From the NCBI GenBank assembly GCA_036172245.1, contig JAYWIR010000001.1, positions 7,502,001 to 7,566,000 on the forward strand: DNA of 64,000 bases, in the 5' to 3' direction. This DNA is from Raillietiella orientalis. Taxonomy: Eukaryota. The notes under the pieces are model-generated. The model was not told where the DNA came from and did not search any database. It saw only the letters and a list, made by a program, of their open reading frames with translations. Positions 55,233 to 64,000 of this stretch are shown here, in pieces. Made by a program: the position numbers and the translations under genes. How positions within the stretch are numbered: position 1 is the stretch's first letter; the number at the start of each line of letters is the position of its first letter.

Positions 55233-57624
55233 AAGTCACATTTTTTTAGCTTTTGACTTTATGCTCCATTGTGGAGAATTAGCTTTCATCTGAACTTGTC
55301 ATCTGCATAGAAATATTTCATTGTAGCCATCATTTGGATGGCTACAGTATGGAGTTATCAGTTCAGTTTAAGTATGTACGTAATTGGATTGTGTTTATTT
55401 TGAAAATGGTTTGAAAATAAGAATATAAGTAAGATGATTTATCAGTAAAACAGTACTTTTACCAAGTCTACCTAATGCTCACTTGATAACAGGATTGTGA
55501 CTTGAGTCAGTTGTAAATAAATGTAGGAGATGGGATTGCGAGGGAGGGAGATGCGATTCCTTATTCGAATAAAATTTCAAAAACAGTAGTCACTTGACTA
55601 TACTTCCCCTTAGTACAAGCATTTATTAGGAATGCATTAAGAAGGAATAATTGGGAATTTGAACCATCGACTTATTGAATCTCCTCTTCAAAGAGTCCGC
55701 ACTTACCCAGCAAATTCGATTCTTTACACAAAAATAGTTTATGTTCGGTTAGGCACATACATAATCTTTCCAGTGTTTGAAGTATTCTTAGTTGCACTGA
55801 GGACATACGGCATTACTCAAGTACACAAAAGAAATGCATGGAGACAAATCAAAATAGATAAGAAACTAAAGTGCTAAGTGCAGGGGCAAAGATTTTATCT
55901 GACGGGCAGAATGGAATTACAGATGAATAACATAATCTGACAAAATGCATTGATAGGTAAAGAGTATGATGAGTATAAATGCCTTGGTCAAAAGATGGCG
56001 AAAAAATTGAAAATGAGGTACTACGCATAAAGTAAACTGGAACAAATCATTTTGAAATTTGTTTGAAAATTACAGTAGGTTGTCACGTCTTGGGGTTGAT
56101 GTTTTTTAAGGTTTTCAAGTGGTGAACGCTGGCATCTGTGCATAACGCAACACTCTAAGAACATAATACCGCAAACTGTGCGCCATCAAAACTAAAAGCT
56201 GGTCCTGTAATGGGTTTCTGCTTTAATTAGAAAACATAAATATGATTTCATCGTTTCATTAGTTGCTTTGCTATCAAAACGCATGAAAACTAATGGGATT
56301 GACAAATTGGTATAAAATTATCGATCACCACCAATTGTCAACATTTTTCTCAGATCCCACAAGCAGTGGGGCGAATTTACTTATCTTAATAATTTTTATA
56401 AACATGAGTATTGCTGTAAACACGAGTCGATCACGAACCTACACAGAGCACACAGTCTCTCCTTGAAGTCCATACTGAAGGAGACACTTCAGAGTTGCTA
56501 ACACAAGTCAGTGGAATCTCACTAGATATCCTTCAAAAACTCGCGATTTTCCAAAAAAAATCTCCAGACTTTAATACCTAGGAATTTGTTATTATCATTA
56601 TGATCTTGAATGAAACAATGAATGAAAATAATACAATACACACCTAATAATTTAACCTAACACTCAAGCCCCGTAGTGAGGGGACATCAATCCAGAGATA
56701 TCCAGCAACGATAAAAGGACTAATAGTGAATATGCTTTTGCTGCTCGACTTATCAAAAAACAAACAAAATCTGGACTTTGTGCACAAATAGATTCTTAAA
56801 AAAAGTTTGAACGGCAAATAGCATCTGGTTTTAAACAGATAAGGAGCTGTGATCGAAACTTATGGTTTGCGTGTTGATTCCCCGTATATTTCTGGGTGTA
56901 TGTTAAGGTACTACACAAATGCTTCAGCTCAGAGATCAAGTGGAAATTCAGCTCAGCTGACGAGCCTCGTGAGACACGGACATTCCACACATTTCTGGGA
57001 CTTCGGGCATTGATACAATAATTGCTATCATATCCCCACAAAGGAAATTGAGATGTGCCTCGAATCGGAGGTGCCATAACCGTACAGACTGCTGCGTATT
57101 CCACGATTTTTCATCAGAAAGTTCAGCGAAATTGACGAACCCTACCATTTTGAAAATTAACTCTGGGAGGATGTGGTGGTGCAAGATAGATTTCTTAGGA
57201 CCTACAGAATATCAAGAAAAGAGGAACTGCAGTTTGATCTGTTGAATCATTTAACGCTATTTCGATTTTTTGGAAAACAAATGGAAAACAATTTGCACAG
57301 GTGATGATTTGTGAATTGAAAGTGTTTTTTGGAAATATATATATCTATATATACAGATTTCCAAGATAAACATATGTATGTATTTATTTCCAAGCAACAC
57401 TTTCAATACATGTAGTAGCTCCTAGTGGTTTGGACTTTCAGTACATGCAGCGGCAAAATAGAACAGGGATTCCAAGCATTGCTAACATTGAATTGGGCCT
57501 CAAGCAGCCACTGATGCTTTTTGATTAAGTCCGGAAAACCTGTCCGTGCTCAAAAATTAAGGTGGAAAATTTCTGTATGAGGGAGGCTTTTTTTCAAAAT
57601 AAAAATATTAAATCTGGCTTGCTA

Positions 57625-58020
57625 TGACATCCATCGACGGAATGCCTCCATGCGAGGCAGAACCGGTCCAGATGCACACAGTACAACCGCCTACTGAACA
57701 GGAGGCGGAAATCAAAACGCCATGAACATAAATACACCGTTGCGTGGACTCTCCTCTCGCCGACGGTTGCGCATAATCTTTTGGAACGTCAACGGGTAGC
57801 GCGACCTCGGAAAGGGGAGAGGAATAGCCGCCACCCTGCGAAACTTCGATCTGGCACTCCTGCAGGCGACACACGTGCTCCGCACGGAAGAGGCCCAGGA
57901 AATCGAAAGGATCGCAGGAGGGTGGCTCTTATGGCGAAATGGGCAAGACCACACCCGCGGTGTGGCTTTTTTAATGAAGCCAGCCGTCGATCAGGCGCTG
58001 CGCGACGTGCCGTTCGACGG
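57625..58020 (+). mobile_element. Tx1-like fragment spanning the ORF1 end and ORF2 (APE) start
   Basis: ORF1 tail ...EQEAEIKTP* has its TGA (57723) overlapping an ATG (57722). That ATG opens MNINTPLRGLSSRRRLRIIFWNVNG*RD...NFDLALLQATH...RGVAFL, homologous to 63858-64000. Confidence 0.85.
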
Positions 58021-58380
58021 TTTCACCCGGTCAAGCCGGGCGTTTATTTAAAAACTTTCAGTGTTTGCGGTACAAGGCTCCGCTGCGGCCAATAAAACAC
58101 AGGGAGCTGCCGGGTCGTCGGTGCACACACCGACTTGACACTCTTAAGTCAGCAGAGGGGGATGGGGAAAACGAAAACAAAAATAAAGGAAACTCAAAAC
58201 ACAAAAAAACCATAGTTCTTTGGAGCGCAAGGAAGGGATCACTGTCCGCTGCGTGGAGTTTCCATCCTTTGCAGGATGCCGACGAGGTCCTTCTGCAGAT
58301 TTCCCAGGTGGAGCCATCGGGGTTGCTATTCGCAGAAAGCGAGCTGCCTACTACATGACATCCCTTCCCTCCTGAGAACA
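58021..58380 (-). mobile_element. 5'-truncated 3' end of the Tx1-like family
   Basis: RWLHLGNLQKDLVGILQRMETPR matches the ORF2 end at ~12640. The 3' UTR is homologous to 12710-12925, with AATAAA and CCCGG-N5-CCGGG. Confidence 0.8.
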
Positions 58381-58400
58381 TCCCTTCTGAGCTTTCAAAA

Positions 58401-61132
58401 ATGGGGAATCAGAAAAGTAGTGTGAGAGATTTGGGATTACCAAAATATGTGAGAATTATCTTGGAACTAAAGGACTGAATGCAATTTCTGAATTTCAGTT
58501 CTATGGTAATGGAAAGGAAACGACTTCAGATTTACTAAAATATGATTCACATGCATACTTTCTACGAAAAAATTCTGATGAACCAGGTTAGGTGTAGCTA
58601 TCTCAATACAAGTTGCTATGTTTACCCATATCTAGAATGTCTTACACTTTCGTCTGATGAAGATGAAAATACTCATGGTTGTTGTAAAAGAATAGTGAAA
58701 TGTCCTAAAGAAGGATTATCCCAGAAACAACCCAGTGTCAATGCTGGTCACAATTATACTTTCCTTCAGTGTCGTACTGTTCGAGTAGGTTCTTATCGAG
58801 TAGCTCCTCAGGAAAGAGTAGTAATCAATCATGAAGGCATCAAGATTATTGTGCCACCTGTAGTTAATTGTAAGAGAAATATAATATTGCTCGATGTTTT
58901 TTTTTGCCCTCATTTTGCAAAGGTGATGCTGATCCAGTGGTGCTGAGAATTTCTTTAGAAAGTATGTTGCAAATCTTAGTACACTTTGGGAATGCTTTCC
59001 CTGCAATTTTTGTTTACACCAAACCCTCTGGGGCAGCTCACATAAGAGAGATACTAAAAATGACAGATCCTAATGGCCCCTATTATGATCCTCGAAGTGA
59101 TAATGAAGCACAGAAACTGATAACTATTTTGCCAGAATCACTCAAAGAAGATGCCAAAGTTGTTATTCAACAGCTGTTTGCTAGTTTTCAGAGTATTTTT
59201 CAGGAAATCAATGAAAAGGATGCCAATGATATTTTAGTACGTTCCTCACCCAGTAGTGTAAGTTTGACGGATAGTGCAGATGGGAAAGGTTTGATGATTG
59301 TGTAGGAATCCAATAATCTTGCGAAAATTCCACGCAAATCGAGCCCTGCTCCTGCCCCTGTTTCAACTGCATACTCTTCTAAGATCGTACCATCCAGAAT
59401 GACGAGGGTGGCAACACAGGATCCAGCTGCTCCTCAAACGTAAGAACGTATTTTTTCCCCGCAATTCTTTTTACAGTCGGTTGTTTTCTCCTCAGCATTC
59501 TCATTTGGCCCCCTCCTCCCACTAAAGGTGGAATTACTATAACAACAAACGATTATGTTTGTCTTGAAGAAGAGCAGTTTCTAAATGATGTTATAATTGA
59601 TTTTTATTTAAAGTAAGAATCATTAGCTGCTTGCAAATATTGCACTTAGGTACTTGAAAATAGATACTTACTCTTGGAGAAGCTATCAGAAGAAGATCGT
59701 GTTAGAACCCATATTTTTAGTTCTTTTTTCTATCAACGTTTAACAACGAGACCAAAGAACCAGCGTTCTAATTCTTCTGAAATGGATCCTAAGTTAACTC
59801 CGGCTGAAAAACGCCATAGCCGGGTTAGAGGATGGACTAAAGGAGTGGACATTTTTGCCAAGGACTTTGTCATAGTCCCCATTAATGAACAGTTGAGTAC
59901 ATGGACAGTAGGGCAAGAAAAATAACATTTTTGTTTTCAGTGCTCATTGGTTTCTAGCCATAATCTGTTTTCCTGGGATTGAGCCTACCTTCTCATCAGA
60001 TGCACCAGCAAAAGTTGTTTCCAAACCAGACCATAGATTAAGCAACTTTTTTAATCATGGTAAAAGACCAAATGCAGCTTCATCTGCAGCAGAGATGCAG
60101 TTAATGCAAATTGGAGCAACAACCATCACCCCTATTAAAAGTAATCTAAGTCCTGTGATGGCTCTCCAGCATCAACCAGCTACAATTCCTTCACCAATGT
60201 TCTACTCTGATGAGGATTCTTCAGATCGGGATGAAGCTGAAAGTGATGAAGATACAGAGGATGAAACATATTTGGTGAGTTGAGCGTTAGCGTAGTAAAA
60301 TAACAGTTAATCAACCTTTCAACACACTATTCCTCTGTTACATTTTGAAGTTGTACTGTACAGGTTTTTTTTTTTTTTTTTTTCCTGTCTATTTTAGCAG
60401 ACACATCAGAAGCCACAAAATGCAGATAATAGTGAGCAGCAATTAGTTCAGGAGTAAGTACATGTACTTTTTTATTCTTATCACATCTTTATTCTTATCC
60501 CTTGTCATTTTAGGCCATGCATTTTGATTTTTGATTCTTTGGTGGGATGTAGTCGATCACGAATATTTGCAACTTTACGAGACTATTTAGAAGTTGAATT
60601 CAAAGCGAGACACAAGTGTGAGCGCAAGTTTACCCGCTCTAACATGCGTTGTCAAGTATTAGAGGTTCCACAGCAAACAAATTTTAGTGACTGTGGCATA
60701 TATCTGTTACAGTATGTGGAAAGCTTTTTTGAACACCCAATACCTTGTTTTCAATTACCACTTCCCAAAATGACGAACTGGTTCCCTGAAGAGAAAGTAC
60801 TCAGCAAACGGCATCAAATACAAAAACTAATTAAGCGACTGATTCAGCAACAGAATTTGACAAGCTTTCAAGATTCTGGCTCAAGTACCAGAACTGAGAA
60901 GAACGTAATTTCAGATTCACACGCCTGTCAGTCTAGTGTCTCTGCTAATTATAACGTGCATATGAATGACAGTGTGCCTTTAATTTCTCCCCCCAATGCT
61001 TTTTCGGAAGAGTGCCATGCTAATTTTTCTAATGCAACCGACCCCCTTCCATTGTTCGGACGTGCATTCTTGACCCCGGCTCTGGTGTTCTTTTTCGGTT
61101 GTTCCTTTTGGGTGTGGCTCATTTTATATTAG
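58401..61132 (+). CDS. SUMO protease of the SENP6/SENP7 (Ulp2/veloren-like) subfamily
   Basis: Spliced exons encode [95 protein letters not shown] (His); PCILIFDSL (Asp); [21 protein letters not shown] (Cys). The true 5' start is uncertain. Confidence 0.9.
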
Positions 61133-61135
61133 AAA

Positions 61136-61902
61136 ATGAAGCCAGTGCCTCCGAAGATGGATGTGGAGGAATCCCCCTGCCCTGCAGGACCCTCTTCGGA
61201 GGAGAATGGAGCCTCCACTGCCTTTCCCTCGCCACCAGCGAGAAGTTTTGCCGCCGTTGCTAAGGCAGCGGCGGCTAACGGAGCCCCACCTGACGAGGCA
61301 GAGCTCCGGGCTTACGCAGCCCATGGCTACAAGCCCGCTCTGGCCTACAGGGTAAGTACCTCGTACGTCCCATCCGGGACGGACGACCAGCTCTGGAGCG
61401 AGCTGGAACGCGTCGGGGTCCGCGAGGACGATCTTCTGGCATTTATGCCGGTGAGCGCGGTAGGGCATTGGGAGGTGCACTGCAGGAATGCAGCCCTCGT
61501 CCAGCGCCTGCTGCGAACGCCCCTTAAAATCAGGGGTAAGGAGGTCGTCCCATCGGCCCTGGACCATTCTTTCGTGGTCCAGCTCTCGGGCATTCGGCCG
61601 AGAATAACGGACCGCGACATCATTGTTGCACTCGAGGCGTTCGCCACAGTGCACGCAATGTAGAGGCGCGCGCATCCAGTAAATAAGGTTGCGCGCCTCT
61701 CTTGCGGACTCGCCACGGCGCGCGTCACCATGGACGACCGGAGGCTGCTGCCTTCGCAGATCCTCCTCGGTGACGTCGTCGTCTATCTCCGGTTCGCCGG
61801 ACAAACCCCGGCTTGCGGCAACTGCGGCAAGGAGGGCCACTGTCCGCGGAAGTGCCCCACACGCAGTTGCCGCTACTGCAAAATGCTCGGCCACTCGATC
61901 AA
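61136..61902 (+). mobile_element. Tx1-like ORF1 copy A (gag-like, CCHC knuckles), one in-frame TAG, truncated
   Basis: RSFAAVA...GYKPALAYRV...VVQLSGIRPRITD; TAG at 61661; same frame resumes to CGNCGKEGHCPRKCPTRSCRYCKMLGHS. Confidence 0.85.
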
Positions 61903-62074
61903 CGAGTGGCCGAGCATTTTGCAGCGACGGATGTCAGGGGTCCTCGCGAAACGACGGGCGTGCAAATACGCCCTTTCGTTACGGAAGGACGTGTTTTTCC
62001 GTTGCTCCGTCAACAAGTACCGGGAAGCGGTTTCTTCTTGGGAAGTGTGTGTTTTTTCACATCGTTGGTGTCCG

Positions 62075-63831
62075 ATGGCATCGCTGCCAGAGGACACCAC
62101 GATGGAGGTAGGCGTGGGGGAGGCTAGTCCCCCCCCACGGCCTACTGGATCAGGGACATCCGCCCCGGACTCATCCCCGGCAATGCCGAGGACGTGGAGC
62201 GCCATGGTGGCCGCGCCGAGCGCGGAAACCTTGGCGGAGCAAGCGGCTTACAGGGCCTCAGGATATAAACCATCTCTGGTTTATAAGGTAGGACCCCTGT
62301 TTGATGGTCGCACCGCCCGGGCCTTCAGTAAGGCACTACAGGACTTTCCTGTAAGAGAAGAGGATCTTGACGGCCTCTCCGTACTCAGCGGGGGGCAGCG
62401 CGTGGAGGTCGTCTGCAAAGACGTAGCCTTAGCACAGCGCCTGATAAACACCCCGCTGAATGTGGATGGCCGGAAAATCCTATCGGTTAGCATGGACCGC
62501 TCCGTAGTGGTCCATCTAACCGGAATCACAAATCGGATGACGCGCTCGGCGGTCAATTCCGAGTTGATGAAATACGGAGAGGTACACGCGTTGTGGCCAA
62601 AGCCCACCATCTTCGAAGGCTTTCATAGCCATTCGGAGGCCAGGCTGCAGCGCGTGTCACTGTCAATGAGGGTGCTGGGTTGCCCCACAAACTGGAGGTC
62701 GCGAAGGTATCCGTCGACCTCTGGTACGTGGGGAAACCCCGCTATTGTGGCTACTGCAATGCAGTAGGGCACTTGCGCAAGCGGTGCCCGAACATTGAGT
62801 GCCACTTGTGCGGGGTTAAGGGACACGTGCGTCGTGTGGGCCCTAAACGCCCCACCCCGGTGCCACCTGCTGCCAAAAAGGCGCAGGCCAAAAAAATGAA
62901 CAAGGTCGAAAGACCTAAGCGGGAAACTGGCCGGCCCCAGCCGCCATCTCCTCTTGCTCTCACCCAGGCGTCGGAGGATAAAACCGCGGAAGACGCGGGA
63001 GTGGAGGAGGGATGGCAACTGGTAAAGGCCAGGAAGGAGAAACAAGTGGTGAAAGAACCACTGGAGAAAACGGAGAAAAAGAACACGGCCGACAAAAAGA
63101 ATAAAGCCGCGCCGCTGTCAAACAAACTCCGCGAGTGCTCGGTAGCACTAGATCGCGTAAGCGTTCCTGAGGCTGCCACCTGGGGCGACGAGCCTCCCCT
63201 CGCCGTTTCCGCCGCGCCCGAGGTTCGCGCAGGCGAACCCTCTGTTTACACAGGGGGTGAGCCGCGCGACGCGCGCGCCGACGGCGAGGACGACGCCTTC
63301 GCGAAGGCGGCGGAGGAGCTCGCGGTCACGCTGGCCGAGCGTGAAAACCCCTCACGCAAGGCCGTGCGCAGGCCGGCTCCGCCGAAGAAGGCCCCCGAAG
63401 GTGAGTTCGACCTGGGGGCCGGAAGTGCATCCTCCTCCTCGGAGGCACCCCCCCGGAAGACGGGACGTAAGTCCCAAAAACCGAGGAGGCGCCTCCCCTC
63501 CACGAGCGAGGAGGAGAAGCCGGAAGCCGACGCCAGCGTGGGAAACCCGGAGGTGGAATTCCCACGCACGGAAGCCGTCGAGCAGGCCACCCCCATGGAG
63601 GAGGGTGAAGAGGGGGGCGAAGTCCTCCCTGTAGTCGCCGAACCTGAACAGCCCGCCCCCATGGAGGAGGGCGAACAGGGAGGCGCGACCCCACCTGAGG
63701 GTGAACCGGCCGACGCGCCGTTACCCATGGAGGAGGGGGACCAGGTGCCTTCAGCACCTGACCCTCCCCCTCCACCTAGCGTCCCGCCCCAACAGGTGGC
63801 GGGAGCCCCATTGCCACTTTCCCAGGAGTAA
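62075..63831 (+). mobile_element. Tx1-like ORF1 copy B (gag-like, CCHC knuckles, acidic/Pro tail), one frameshift near 62680
   Basis: RTWSAMVA...GYKPSLVYKV...VVHLTGITNRMT; CGYCNAVGHLRKRCPNIECHLCGVKGH; EGWQLVKARK; stop at 63829-63831. Confidence 0.88.
63592..63745 (+). repeat. 66-nt (22-aa) periodic repeat in the ORF1 tail
   Basis: CCCATGGAGGAGGG (PMEEG) with the ATG at 63595, 63661 and 63727. Confidence 0.85.
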
Positions 63832-64000
63832 CACCTGGGCTCGCCTGTCGCCGTCGGATCCGCGTGGCCAGTTGGAACGTCAACGGGCTGCGCGACGACG
63901 GCAACAGACGAGATACGGCCGACACCCTGCGCGACTTCGACCTGGCGCTCCTGCAGGAGATCCACGTGATCACCGCGGAGAACGCCCAGGAGATCGAGAG
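63810..64000 (+). mobile_element. Start of Tx1-like ORF2: APE endonuclease N-terminus, running off the window
   Basis: IRVASWNVNGLRDDGNRRDTADTLRDFDLALLQEIH from 63858, in the -1 frame relative to ORF1. Confidence 0.9.

Noticed and set aside
61925-62010. Possible 5' self-cleaving ribozyme in the element-B leader (TCCTCGC, CGAAAC, stem GGGCGT/ACGCCC)
   Set aside because: The HDV P3 helix cannot form around TCCTCGC and there is no CTGANGA hammerhead core; only a simple stem-loop is supported. A covariance-model search would settle it.
63815-63825. TTTCCCA as a -1 frameshift slippery site
   Set aside because: Not in the X XXY YYZ phase relative to ORF1; the ATGA overlap in the sister copy explains ORF2 expression better.

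Overview
Eukaryotic, most likely arthropod, genomic DNA. The inference rests on an arthropod-type SENP6/7 and very short GT-AG introns, mostly 43-60 nt; the species cannot be determined from the sequence. Most short ORFs in the supplied track are not real genes. There are three zones. (1) About 1-22,600 is a GC/CpG-rich graveyard of nested, decayed Tx1/L1-like non-LTR retrotransposons on both strands. (2) About 22,600-48,400 is mostly AT-richer DNA holding an intact Greatwall/MASTL gene and many transposon relics: a hAT MITE with an 8-bp TSD, two piggyBac relics with recognisable ends, a probable Gypsy integrase split by one piggyBac, and Utopia/NeSL-like RLE retrotransposon pieces. It also has a long G:U-biased hairpin. 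(3) About 48,400-64,000 holds neugrin (NGRN), FAN1 and SENP6/7 on the + strand, then two tandem Tx1-like ORF1s and the start of an APE ORF2. Most notable: NGRN and FAN1 are only 64 nt apart, with ATGATG overlapping the NGRN stop and a splice acceptor just before FAN1 (candidate bicistronic, stop-start coupled or trans-spliced unit). The Tx1-like family ends in AATAAA plus a CCCGG-N5-CCGGG hairpin with no poly(A) tail. The SENP stop codon appears to come from a retrotransposon leader. A perfect 22-bp foldback marks the junction of the two tandem ORF1s.
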